64,000 bases of DNA from Eledone cirrhosa (lineage: Eukaryota). The notes beneath the pieces were generated by a model that saw nothing but the letters and a program-made list of their open reading frames with translations, had not been told where the DNA came from and did no database searches. Each line of letters opens with the position of its first letter. Position 1 is the stretch's first letter. Of the stretch, positions 34,740 to 47,962 are shown in pieces. Location: assembly GCA_964016885.1 (NCBI GenBank), contig OZ024743.1:284270001-284334000 (forward strand). Direction: 5' to 3'. A program made the translations under genes and the position numbers.

Positions 34740-36950
34740 TAGTGTTCCCCAAACTTTTTCAGAAAACTGTCCACTTTTGGAGCATATTTTTTATTAACAC
34801 TTTCTGTAAAACCATTAAAAATTATATATTTTAATATTTAATGTATATTTTAATATTTAATGTATAACCAAAAATAGAATTATATAAAAGTATCTAAAGT
34901 TACTTGATTTATTTATGTGAAGGATGGGCTTGATGTGATGAGTCAAATTTTTCTTTATACAGCTCTATGTTGGTAATTAGTATCCTTAAATTGCTGCATT
35001 GGGCTATTTGTAGTTAGTTTCTATTTATTTTTGTCAAAACATTCATAACAGTGTGAAATACACACTCAACTAAATATGATGATGGAACTTTTTTACAATG
35101 GCCCATAATCCAGGATAAAGATTTGCAATTTGATACAACCAGAAATAAAGATTTATACTTTAGGCACAAGGCCATTAATATTTTGGAGAGGGAAAGTCAA
35201 TTAAATCGACCCTAGTTTGTTACTGGTACTGTATTTTATCAACCCCATAAGGATGAAAGGCAAAGCTAACCTCAGCGGGATTTGAACTCAGAATGTACAG
35301 CACAGTAACAATATGCTGCAAAGTTTTTTGTCCAATGCTCTACCGGTACTGCATACAACCAGAAATAATGGCACACATTCTTAAATTTGACTATCAACTC
35401 CATGTTGATTTATAATTCAATCAATTCTTCTTGTAATTGGGCTTCTGTTTCATGAACACTTGAAAAGAGGTCTAAAACTCAATATGGAATCTTCAAAGCA
35501 AGAATATCTTCAAACAGTTTGGAGAGGTCCTCATGTAATGCTTCCAAATGATGATAGTAAACCTGAACATTGTTATAAAGCAGTTCTCTCTTTGAGTGCA
35601 GAAACTGTTAACATTTTCCACATCTGAATGTATGTTTGAACAGAATACACTTTGAAACAAATGCACATAACATCAATAATTTTAATTAAATTCAGTTCAT
35701 CTTATAGCAGCTGCAAAGTCATTTAGCCCATTTGATAACAAACTGTTTGAAACCACTCAGGATTTATGATACAAAACTCTTCATTTTTAAATGTTTATAT
35801 TTATATTAAATTTCTCTGTCATAATTTTATTTAAGACATTCTTATTAAATAATGTTCTAATTATCAAGTTATTAATGAAAGAGTTATTTTATTAAATTCC
35901 TCCAAATATTTCATTATTTTCAAAATTTTATGGTAACGAAATTGTTAATTAAACTTGAAATATAACTCTGACATATAAACAATGTCATTTATAAACTTCT
36001 TCAAACTATCTCATAGGCACACATCTGTTTTCAAAGCAATCCAAAACCGCTTGAAAAAGTAAATAAAAGTGATTCCTTTGACAACTAGCAAACATCAGTG
36101 TGGAACAGCAAGAGATTAAATGCTGTTGATAAATGATGCAATGTACTGCTAATAAATCCAGCACTGACTTTTTCAACGTCTGCAATGTATCTCCTGGGGC
36201 CACATGCTATAGACAGAGATCCATCAGTTACAGCTATCATATTTGTAAGAGGAGTCTTGTTTTCTTTAAAAATCTTTTCCATACTCAGAACTAGCTACTC
36301 TCTTTTAGAATGTTATCAAATGTCTGGCAAATAATAAATGTCATATTTTTTCTCTTCTTTTCTAAACCAAATGTAAAACTTCATTCCCTGGTAAGTTGAT
36401 TCATCCACTTGTAACAAAAACTGGACAGTTCTCAATAAAAATTGCATAATGTGTCATCCACATCCTTGTCCATTTTGTCAATTCATCTTTGTATTGTATT
36501 GTTCAATTCATCTTTGTATTGTTCAAAGGAATTATATTGATTATGTCAATCATTGGCTTGTGCAACATGGTACATAGAACCACACTAACAGCATGTAGGA
36601 TCAATTATTTGCTGATAATATGTGGCTTTCTCAATTTGAAATTTTGTAAGTGGTGCATGACTCGCCATTTTCTTGCTTTGATCGACTGTTTATAAATTGT
36701 GCTTTAAAATATGATAAATCTATATCTGTCTTGTCAGCACACATTTTCTTCAAGTGATCATTTAATCCTGAAGGGTTCACAGATTTATTGGAAAATATTT
36801 TTTGGAAAATGAGGTAGATTGGAAATAATTTGTTTGTAGGTGATAGAAGAAAGCCATATTTTTACTATTCAATACTCTACTATTGACATTCAGCCATGGT
36901 TATATTTATAAAAAAAATATACTATTATACATATATGTATTATTACTTTT
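34740..36950 (-). mobile_element. Decayed hAT (Charlie/Buster, ZBED/SCAND3-like) transposon with a nested SINE
   Basis: Terminal tagtgttccccaaactttt; transposase traces KYGF..SPTN..., FSN....PS.L.DHLKK, VTDG, AVHCIIYQQHL, YPGLWAIVKK..PSSYLVE. Confidence 0.8.
35150..35352 (-). mobile_element. SINE family A long variant inserted in the hAT remnant, TSD atacaaccagaaataa
   Basis: 16-bp direct repeat on both flanks. Confidence 0.85.
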
Positions 36951-38094
36951 TTTAAATTTATTGTAGGTAATTTATTTGGTAATTTTTCCAGCTGATTGAA
37001 CTAAAGTGAAGTGTTGAAGGACTCATGTACTACCTGGTCCAGGAATCAAACACACAACCTCACAATTGTGAGCCCAACACTATAGCCATTAAGTCATGCA
37101 CCTTTTTAAAAAAACTATTCATTAAATAAGGCCATACTACCACTGCACACTTAATGCAAATGACAGTTTCATGAGCAACAACTAATTTGTATAGCAAGAG
37201 AGAAGTGTAATTGGTGTAAAGTGGTATGTGACAGGAGAGGCATCCAGCCATAGAAAGTTTGCCAAACAAAGAGTTGGGAGGACTTTCAGTTGTATCAAAG
37301 ACATGATGACCTCTCTTGTGCTGGTACCATGATAAAATGCACATAGTAGAATGTGGGACCATATGTAAGCAAGATGCAGCCCCCCCCCCCCCCCCCCCCA
37401 GCTTGTCTGGGAGGTCTGTAGCCTTGCTTCAGTACTGACTCAGTCTGTGAAAACCTGTCCAACCCTTGCAAGTAGGGAAAGAGGACGTATGATGATGATG
37501 ATGATGATATCACAAATAAATTGTTATTCCTTTTTCCTTCAAATCAATCAACATTTGTTGCTTTTTCAATATGATTTTCAGAGAAATAGCCACATTGTGC
37601 AGTATAAATTAATAGATAATATATGCCTTTCCCACATTATATCCTCAAATCAGACTCTTAGAAACTTGGCCATATTCCCCCAACATTTATAAAAAACATT
37701 TAAAGAGAAGATAAGTATAATAGTTAGAGTTGTTTAAAATCTGTTTTTCAATTGGTCAGCAATACAACATTGCTTCATGCATACTGATCTATGTTTCTTC
37801 ATGATCAGAGTACCTGTTTATAGCCAGATGAATTTGACTAGTAGTTTTTAAAACAAAGGACATCATACTACTAGAAAAATAAAAGATGTTGACTCATCAT
37901 TCAGTTGGTTTACAGTCTAGTAATTTTACTAATAACAACATAATATGTATACAAATATTGAATCTTCCTCAGTCACAAAATCCCTTTTTTAGTGAGAGGA
38001 CATGCCTGAATAAATCCAAAAATATTGGCTGATCTTTATTTTATTGACCCTAGAAGAATTTTGATATATATATATATATATATATATATAAATT

Positions 38095-38345
38095 ATGTTG
38101 GTACCCCAAAACATCCAAACCACACTGTAAGGTGGTCGTGTAGATGTCACGACTAAAAGCACCCAGCCCACACTGTAAATGTGGTTGGCATTAGGAAGGG
38201 CACCCAGCCATAGAAAACCAACCAGAAACAGTCCTATATGAGCGAGACATGATCACCTGACCCAACTTGCCTCTAAATGGGACAAACCTGTCTAACCCAT
38301 GCTAGCAACGAAGATAGACATTAAACGATGATGATGAGGATGAAT
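38095..38345 (+). mobile_element. RTE 3' UTR fragment
   Basis: Similar to 42440-42658 (cactgtaaatgtggttgg..ttaggaagggca...tgatgatg). Confidence 0.75.
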
Positions 38346-38807
38346 GTAGAAGAACAAATTTCAACACTATAAGGTATTTAGACCAGTACTCAACCATTTA
38401 TCCCAACTCCACAAATATACTCATGTATGCACATGTGCATGGGCACATACACACACACAAACATACATTAATTCTTTTAATAGCTAGATTCACAGAGATG
38501 TTACTTTGTAATGTTAAAGACTCAGATAGACCATCATCTCAGTAATATGCTGGTGTATCAATTTTTTTTTTGTATGGAAGAATTTTAAGTCAGCACACAA
38601 GCCAAACAAATACTTTGTCAGAATGACAAACTATCATTACTAAGTGTTCAATTATACACGCTGTAGCACATACATAGATCTAGGAGGACACAACACACCA
38701 TCAGTGACTTGACAAACACAGTTAACTTCTTCAATGATTATATGAAAGCTTAGATATGTGACTCCTTTCTACACACATAAAGAAACAAAAATGTAGATCT
38801 GTCTCAC

Positions 38808-38960
38808 CTGTTTCATAATTAAAACATGTCTTGTGCATTTTCCCTGAGAACAGCTCTAAGCCAACAATAGCATAGATGATAATGACAAATATAACCAGTA
38901 ATGCAATATGTAACAAAGGCACCATTGCTCGAAGAATGGAGTTCAAAACTACTTGTAAAC
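38808..38960 (-). CDS. Cav1: Cav1 exon, IS4-S5 linker and IS5 ([12 protein letters not shown]...[12 protein letters not shown])
   Basis: ttgcag acceptor, gtgaga donor, 153 nt, phase 1 to 1; inside ORF 38731..38994. Confidence 0.97.
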
Positions 38961-39099
38961 CTGCAAGACAGAAAAGCAATATAGATAAGAACATTTTATG
39001 ATATTTTATTCAATACTGCAGAACAACTGGTATTTTATTTAACATTTGCAAAATCCTAAATGTAGCGAACGTTTTCCTAAAACAAATCTGTATTTTTTG

Positions 39100-42000
39100 T
39101 TATTTATGTTAAATACGGGAGTTTTTGTCGTATTGAACAGAACAAATCTTGTATTTTTGTTTTTTGTTAATCGCTTGTTAAACACGAGGATCTCATACAA
39201 TCCTAACCTTCCAGCTAGCTACCCCCCCCCCCCCCCACGAACCACCCCTCCCCCCCGCCCCCCGAACCACCATTGTTATTACGTGGACCAATCATAAGCC
39301 AGAGCCCCCACGCATCACCATTATTATTACGCGGACCAATCATAAGCCAGAGGCCTATACTATCGCTTGGCCGGTTGCCTTTCGATATATGATGGATGGA
39401 TGGATGGACTACGGAACCCTGGAGAGTGGAAGAGAGAGAAAATTCTGGACGCTCAGCGACAATGCCAAAGATAAAGACAAATTCACCTCGTGGACGAGAA
39501 TGCGAGCACTCCTCTTTGTTTCGACCGCGGTCGGCTAACATAACCCCATCTCCCCCCGCCCCCCACCGCCCCCACCCTCCAAACGCAATCCAAAACTTCA
39601 GAGTTGGTACCATAAATGTAGGCACCCTAAAGGGTCGCGCTAACGAGGTTGTAGAAATGCTTGAACATAAGGAGGTCGATGTTTGTTGTATTCAAGAGAC
39701 CAGGTGGAGGGGTGGGTCTGCTAGATTCATTGAGGGTAAAAAACGATGTTATAAGCTTTTCTGGGTGGGAAACGACGATGGGCTGGGTGGAGTAGGAATC
39801 ATGGTAGCATAACTATCTGTAACACTAACTTCAAAAAACGTGACAATCACCTGATCACCTATAGATCGGGGGAACATACAAGCCAGGTAGATTATATCCT
39901 TACCAGAAGACGTGACACAGTGTCTGTTGTAAACACTAAATCCCTCCCCCATGAAGAATGCACCTCCCAACATAGACTGATAATTAGCGACCTCATAGTC
40001 AGGACGAGACGTACTCGACAGCAGAAGAGGACTATCCTCAGGAGAAAAATATGGAAGCTAAAGGACCCCACAGCCAGAAATAAATTTCAAAGCATATTAC
40101 TTGATGCTTTCGACAGTAAGGAAGAGCATTTAGAGTCAGACAATATAGAGGGACAGTGGGAATTTCTGAAAGCAAACCTGCTGATGGCGACAGACGAAGT
40201 CTGTGGCTGGAGCAGGCCTGTAGGCAGGAGGAGAGTAACATGGTGGTGGAACAGTAAGGTGGAGGGGTCAATTAAGGCCAAAAAGCAGGCTTGGAAAGTA
40301 TGGCGAGATGGGGGAAGTAGAGAAGACTATCAAGTGGCCAGGAGGGAAGCTAGGAGACAAGTGTACTTCGCAAGAAGGGAAGCAGAGGAAAGAAAGTTCA
40401 AGCATGTTCTACAACGCGAGGACCAAAAACATGAGGTGTTCAGGATTGCTAGGCAATGTATCAAGGAAAACCGTGATATTGTCGGGGAGAAGTGTGTACT
40501 TAATGATGACGGCGTACTTGCCATCACCGACGCTGATAAGAAGGTAGCTTGGAAGTGTCACTATGAAAGGCTACTAAATGAGGAGAATAAATGGGAGAAA
40601 GACAGTCTCCCCCACATCGACCCAATAGAGGGACCAGCAGTGTTAGTCGAGGGGAGTATAATAAGTAAGGCAATCAAGGATATGAAGACGGGTAAGGCGG
40701 CTGGGCCTTCGGAAATAGTTGCTGAGATGCTGAAGGCATCTGGCACGGTGGGACACACCATGGTCACCCGCATAGTTAACCAAGTCGTACAGAATGGGGT
40801 TGTACCGAAGGACTGGCATAGCAGCATCATCGTTAACTGTTATAAGGGTAAAGGAGATGCCCTAGATAGGAGTAACTATAGAGGCATTAAATTAATCGAC
40901 CAGGTCATGAAGGCCACGGAAAAAGTAATAGCGCAACTAATCAGAGAGAGAATTGACCTCGATGAAATGCAGTTCGGGTTTGTGTCAGGCAAAAGTACCA
41001 CAGACGCTCTTTTCATTGTACGACATCTACAGGAGAAGTACCTAGCTAAAGGTAAACCCCTCTACTTAGCTTTTGTCGACTTGGAGAAAGCCTTCGACAG
41101 AGTCCCCCGTTCCATTATCTGGTGGGCTCTTAGAAAACTAGGTGTTGACGAATGGCTTGTGAGAGCGATACAAGCCATGTATAAAGAAACAGTCAGCAAG
41201 GTTAGAATTAACAACGAATATAGCGAAGAGTTTAGCGTAAAAGTTGGCGTCCATCAGGGCTCTGTTCTCAGCCCCCTACTATTTATTATTGCCCTTCAGG
41301 CTATAACAGGAGTTCAAGACCGGCTGCCCATGGGAACTCCTAGCTGAATCAATGGCCAAGCTAGAGAAGAAATTCCAAACATGGAAGCACGGCCTAGAAT
41401 CAAAAGGACTTAAAATTAACCTGGCTAAGACTAAAGTTCTAGTTTGTAGGAAAGAAAATAAGGCGGCGGTCCCTTCTGGGAAATGGCCATGCTCAGTGTG
41501 TAGGAAAGGCGTAGGTAGAAACTCCATTTTATGTCCCAAATGCAAAGTATGGGTGCATAAAAGATGTAGTGGGATCACAGGTAAGCTAACTAAGAACATA
41601 GATTTTACATGTGGCCGGTGCTCTGGTGCAATAAGTAGCAGCAAGTGCCCACAAAATACTAGCTCTTACAACTGCGCAGAGGGCTCTATAGAAATAGTGG
41701 ACAGCTTCCGTTACCTGGGTGACAAAATTAGCAGTGGGGGAGGGTGCTCTGAAAGTACAGTAGCTAGAGTCAGAACTGGATGGAAAAAGTTCAGAGAGCT
41801 TATACACTATTAGCTGCTAAAGGGTTCTCCCTAAAAATGAAAGGCAGGTTGTATGATGCCTGCATACGAACAGCAATGTTGCATGGCAGTGAGACCTGGG
41901 CATTGTGTGCAGAGGATATACGCAGACTAGAGAGGAACGAAGCTTGCATGCTCCGCTGGATGTGTAACAGTAATATACGTGAACGGCAAAGCATAAACGA

Positions 42001-42658
42001 ACTAAGGAAAAAATTAGAAATAAGAGGGATCAGATATTGTTTACTCGAGAGAAGGCTACGTTGGTATGGACACGTGATGCGCATGAAAGTCGATAGCTGT
42101 ATAACAAAGTGCAGGGCAATAAAGATAGACGGTAGCCACGGAATAGGCAGACCTAGAAAAACCTGGGACGAGCTGATAAACTCCGACCTCACACACTTAC
42201 ACCTCTCCAAGACAATGTCACTGGACCGAGACCTTTGGCGGTACTCAGTAACAGAGAAGACCCGCCTTACCTAAATACATAGTAAAACCTACTACAGCCA
42301 GTAATCATCTCTAACAAAATACACCCCGTCCCACCACCCCCACCCCATCCACACCACCCCCTTCTATGTAAAGTTATGTTGGTGCCACGCCATCCAGGCC
42401 GAAACAAATGAGATCGTGTAGGTGTCACGACAAAAAAACACAGTCCACGCTGTAATGTTGCCGTGTAGGCAACACGGTAAAAACCTCCCAGACCTACACA
42501 CTGTAAATGTGGTTGGTGTTAGGAAGGGCATCCAACTGTAGAAAACCTGCCAGACAGTCCTATGGGAGCAAGACAACAACTCTTGCCTCAAGTGGGAATA
42601 CCCCCGTCCAAACCCATGCAAGCGTGGAACACGGACGTTAAATGATGATGATGATGAT
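39100..42658 (+). mobile_element. Near full-length RTE LINE (APE-RT-PHD), inactivated; antisense to Cav1
   Basis: APE start GTINVGTL...CIQETRW; RT NYRGIKL, QFGF, DLEKAFD, QGSVLSP; PHD; RYLG; HGSETW; WYGHVMR; (TGA)n tail. Deletions at about 39810 and 41341 plus frameshifts. The 5' boundary is uncertain. Confidence 0.95.
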
Positions 42659-42717
42659 TTATATACATTTATTATTAATTGCTTTTGATTCGGCATAATG
42701 TCAATTATCTTTTAAGG

Positions 42718-43048
42718 CAGAGGTTCCAAAACTTTTTGGGCCACCGCCCCCCTCACGGCCACCAAAAACCATCAGCGCCCCATCCCCGCTTTCCAGAGAG
42801 ACCTGCCTACACGCAAATTATAAATAATATATGATAAATAAAATCGTTACTTTATATATGATAAATAATATAATATATACTATGTATAAATAAATATTCT
42901 ATATTTTTTATTTTACTATATTTATATTTAATATGTATAATTTGATATTTAATATACTATTATATCATCTCTACTGCCCCCCTCCCCAGCACTCAATGGA
43001 CCTTCTCAACGCTCCCCGACGGTGTAGCGCCCACTTTAAGAACCTCTG
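42718..43048. mobile_element. hAT (Charlie-type) MITE with perfect 8-bp TSD
   Basis: TIRs cagaggttc / gaacctctg; TSD ttttaagg at 42710-42717 and 43049-43056. Confidence 0.92.
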
Positions 43049-43429
43049 TTTTAAGGGAAAGCTGGATAATTGACAGAATTGACATCAGTATACTACTGGT
43101 ACTTATTTTATCAATGAGAAAATGAAAGTCAATTATGATATTGCATGGAATTAGAGCCCAGAGCTTACAACAACAAAAATTGAAACCATAAAGCATATCA
43201 AGTGCAATGTTCTATGCTTTTATATATCTATAGAACCTGATATTCACATAATATTAAATAGAAGAAGGCTGTAGAAATGCCCAAAACAGTAAAGCATCAG
43301 ACTAAATGATTTACTGTATTTAATTGGTGCCTCCATAGTTCTATCAAATGTAACAATTTTACATTGGCACAGTTGTTGCATGTACTGCAAACATTGGTTC
43401 CTACTCTGAAGTATTTATTTGCAACAAAG

Positions 43430-43730
43430 TATATTGGGTAATATGAGACCTAAGTAGATTAGTCAATGCTATGGCAGCAGTGACCAGATAAACTGACCTC
43501 AAGACAGACTGTCCAGTAAACAATAAATTTGACTATCCACTGTCTTATACAATAAAATAACATCATAAGATTAATCAACAAGGTATACTGGGTCATTTGA
43601 GAACTAAATAGATTGGTCAATATTGTGGAAGTGACCAGTTAATCTGACCTCAAGACATATTGTCCAGTAAACTATAGGTTTGGCTATCCATTGTCTTATA
43701 TAACATAATAACATCATAAGATTAATCAAA
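43430..43730. repeat. Diverged tandem duplication, about 150 bp x2
   Basis: gtata.tgggt.at.tgaga...ctgacctcaagaca...tgtccagtaaac...aataacatcataagattaatcaa occurs twice. Confidence 0.9.
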
Positions 43731-43857
43731 TATTAAATTGAAGTCAAAGAAAGGATAATAAAATACTGAAACAAACCATACAAAGTATTTTTACTAAACT
43801 CATCCTGAGAGGGGTGAAATACAAATTATGTGAATGAAAAAAATGTATATTACTTAC

Positions 43858-43964
43858 TTGGTGCTCGTGACACCAGTCGTAAAGGCCTCAGCACTCGGAA
43901 CGCTCGCAAGGCTTTAACATCAAAGCTTTCATTATTCAAAGAAGAAAGTCCAGTGCTAATAACA
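43858..43964 (-). CDS. Cav1: Cav1 exon, IS3-IS4 ([35 protein letters not shown])
   Basis: tttttatag acceptor, gtaagt donor, 107 nt, phase 2 to 1; S4 arginine repeat. Not in the ORF track. Confidence 0.96.
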
Positions 43965-44759
43965 CTATAAAAAACAAGAGAAAAAACCCATCAAATCAGT
44001 CAGTGAAAACAATATATATTCAATAAAAGACAATATTTAAAATGCACACACACACACACCCAAACATATGCATGAGTAGAATAAAAAATATATTTTGAAT
44101 TTTAATCTGCACTATATTTCAGTTGATCTATTCTATGATCATTTTCTAGTTCCAAATGTCTAAATAAATACTGACGTGCCAGGCAAAAAGCTGTATGGTC
44201 AATGGTCAGTGGTTTGTGTTCTGTCATAAGTGCTGTGTTGTATCTATAGCCAAGACACTTAGCTCTCAAAGACTGAGTTCATTGAGCTTTAAGTAGCTAT
44301 TGTGAATGGTATAGTTCAGTGTGATAAGTAAAATGAAAATTATAACTCATTGATATAAAGCATTGAGTTCAATTTCTTGCTTGCTACTTGTGGTAGACTA
44401 ATGTCCCATATAGGAGAAAATTATTTCTCATCTCCTAAACCTAAAAAAAAAATGAAATAAAGCACTACTTGTGGCCCAGAAAGTATATTTCTAAATATGC
44501 ATACATATTCTGTAGTCTAGTAGATAAATAGATTGAAATTCTGTTTTAAACAGGTGCCGAAATCTATCCAAATCCAAGGTTATGTAAAACAAAATATATA
44601 TGTCTACTTAGCTTCCAGGAGCCAGTTAATAGTTCCAGTTTCAAGATGTTAAATTGATGAAAGACAATTTTCTTCTCTATAAATAGGTGAAACTTAGGTT
44701 TGAAAAGTTAAGTGTATTGCCATATACCATATACACTCTTCAATATACATGGTAATAAT

Positions 44760-44943
44760 TGTTTCTACTTTAGGCACAAGGCCAGCAATTACCCAGTGCA
44801 TTACTGGTACTTTATTTTATCAACCCCGTAAGGATGAAAGACAAAGTCAACCTCGGCGGGATTTGAACTCAGATCGTAAAGGGACGTAACTATGCTGGAA
44901 AGCATGGCGTCCGACCCTCTACCGATACTGCCAATCCACCGCC
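44760..44943 (-). mobile_element. Young full-length SINE family A with 14-bp TSD
   Basis: TSD tacatggtaataat at 44746 and 44946. Confidence 0.95.
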
Positions 44944-45338
44944 CTTACATGGTAATAATATTACCTGAATACAATTGTGGAATATACAAACTAAATCACT
45001 GAATAGACAGAAATATCAATGATAAAGCCAATAATTTATAAAACCTATGATACACTAGTAATAACTCATTAAAAATATATAGACATACACATACACATAT
45101 ATGTTGGTATATGTGGAGAGGGAAACAGAGTTGGAGGGAGAGATGAGACAGAAAAAGAGAAAAACAATAGTCACATAAGATAAGTCTTCAACTCAGATAT
45201 AAAAGTGTATATTTATATAAAGCCTATATCAAATATTGATTGATGCCATAACTCATGTTATATTGTAGAGCCAGTATTTGAGGGTGATCTTGATTCAGCC
45301 GAGATAAGAACAACATTACTGATGGTTAGCATCTGTTT

Positions 45339-45532
45339 CTTTAGCATTTAAACTGGCCGTTTCCAGCCAGAATTCTCTCACATCTTTCTGCTCAAACTAG
45401 CTGCTTATACTGATGTTAAGGTATTGTTCTCAATAAATAACATCAAAATCTCATAGATTCAATATTATGTGAGATAAAGCCATAACCACAAAAATACAAT
45501 AGTATATATAGAGTAATGTAAATACTAAAGGG
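45339..45532. mobile_element. TTAA MITE copy, diverged
   Basis: ctttagcatttaaactggcc...taaatactaaaggg. Confidence 0.8.
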
Positions 45533-47773
45533 CTAAAAAGGATTTTGATTCCCCATATGTACATATCTATATAATTCATTAAAAGTAAATGTTATGTAAT
45601 GTAAATTTTTCCTATCCTCTGAGTGGATTTGTGAGCTGGTATCTAGTTCTAGTTTCTTGATATGAAATGGATGAGAGAAAAATCTTGTACACTGTATAAG
45701 ATGCTAGTCTATTGCAAATAATATTCCAAGGTGATCTGACACCCATTCCTAACGACGAAGTGAACTAACTATGGCAGTGTTAAATAAAATGTTTTGCTCA
45801 GAAACACAATGGAATGCCAGCAGCAGATACAAACACATGAGCTGTGAATAGATAGTTTAATATCTTATCTACTCCATTTCATCTTCACTTACTCTAAGTT
45901 TATGAAGTTTTAATTAAATATATAAGTAGTCCACCTCATCATTGCTTATATTAACTGACTGTAAATACTTTTCCATGATAATTATTTACAGCTAAGTAGA
46001 CTTTCTCTGTAAGATTTTAAATACCCCCTAGAGAAAGTTTTGACAACTAATTACTTGGATGTTGATCAAAAGTTTATTACATTCAGGAGACCCTATCATA
46101 TTAGCCAATGAGAGTTTATATATTTTTAAACACATTGAAGTGCCAGTGACATGACAAGAATATTTTACATTTCAGACAGTGTACACAGGTTTGCTAACTT
46201 TTTTTGAGAATAGCAAAACTGTACATTTTTAGAATCACAAGAGAATAAAGGATCTGAAAATGAATGTTAACATTTGCACAGACACATACATAATAGCCAT
46301 TTTTTATTTAGAAAATGGCTACCATAAAAAACAACAACAACATTTTATGCTATTTTGGCTTCTAGTTAATCTAGAAATCTAAAATATACTTTTCTTGTGT
46401 TTTTCAAGTCAAGAAATGCAATAAAGGCCTCAGAACAGTGCTCAAGATTATAGAAAAGCAACAAAGGTAATTGAAAATCAATATTTCTTGATATTTATGT
46501 ATAACAAAATACACGCTGCAAGTCCTTTGAAATTATATGGTATGGGTTTATAAAGCAGCTTGTATGTTATGAAGTTGAACTGTAGTGTTCGATACATGGA
46601 ATCTACTAGGTCTATATCACTATATCTACAGTGTGCATCACTTTCAGTCACTTCCATGCATACAAAAGTCTGTGCAAACCAATTTGTGTCTCCTGCATGG
46701 ATACCGCTGTTTTGGGATTAGAATAAACTTGTAGTCCATAATTGCAGTCAATTTCCAATGACAACGCAGGCGTTGGCTATTTCTAAGAGCACTGACTGAC
46801 TGCATGGCACATAACACATAATCCATCCAGTGTTGGTCAAATGAACAGAACTGATGTTAGATACATAATTCTTGAAAATGAACCACACATAAAAATACTT
46901 AGGAAACTAACTATACTACAAATGGTTTCCTTGTCTCTGGAAATATGGAATAGGCATATTGACTAAAGAGTTTATAGGTCAGAAGATGTCAGTTGAATAT
47001 TTTTGTATCCTTTATTGGCATGAAAAACTCTAAAGGTGAGGTGTTAGGATAAGAAGACTAATGATAATGTCAGTTTTTCATGACTCGCAAAATATAGGAT
47101 TAACTTATTTCATTACGTTTGTAGGCTGAATTAACACAAATTATGTATTTTATAGTTGGTACTTTGAAAATCTAAACTGGTGTCCATGCAGGGGTCCACA
47201 TAAACGTCATTATTTTTTGGATTTTTATGTTCGGAATATTCCAAAAATACATACTTTTTGCAAATCTCTCAAAATTCAAAATAAAAAAATACATGGTTAA
47301 CCTGGCTAGTAGAATGGTATTTTGCTGACTTATAGAACAATAAGATTTATAGAACAAATATATGAATTCTTGAAAAAGTGCTATAAAACTAGGTTGAAAA
47401 ATTAGATATATGGAAAGAAAAAAAAAACAAAAATCAACATATTTTATCGAAAAGACATGATTTTGAAGCTAATAGCAAATCTGTCGTGTAAAAAGAGGAA
47501 GGCTAACAAGCAAGTTAATTTATTAGCATATGAAAACTGTTGAGGTGAACAATCAACAGCATTCAAGAAATATATCCCTTAGTCAGATATTTGAAAAATC
47601 TTTGCTGGGAAACCATGTGCACTAAAATCCTATTAATATTAAACACTACAGTGACTTCCATAGTTTAATTGAAAATGTCTGAAAAAATATACTCAAATTT
47701 ATATTTTGTATATGAGCATGCACACTATGTATATATAGATATGTGTGTATGTGTGCATATATGTGTATGCATG

Positions 47774-47818
<45 letters not shown>

Positions 47819-47962
47819 ATTGTAACATCAATTGCATTTCTTGGTTCACCAAAATGAGCACTCGGCGCATAGTTTCCAGTATGTACTTTGGGGTTGTACT
47901 AAGCAGAGTATTATAGTAATAATAAGTATGGACGAGGTGTCAAATTTTCATTAAGTTTATTC

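Larger units (their letters stand above)
3128..43964 (-). other. Cav1: Partial gene: L-type voltage-gated calcium channel alpha-1 subunit (invertebrate Cav1, ortholog group of CACNA1C/D/F/S), 15 coding exons in window
   Basis: Exons splice in frame at GT-AG sites. Cav1-specific motifs: [62 protein letters not shown], pore loops TMEGW and TGEDW. These match Cav1 rather than Cav2 (LRTLRAVRVLRPLKLV). Confidence 0.97.

Noticed and set aside
40038-42210. Minus-strand ORFs overlapping the RTE (also 56019-56960)
   Set aside because: Antisense shadow frames of RTE coding sequence with no independent coding evidence.
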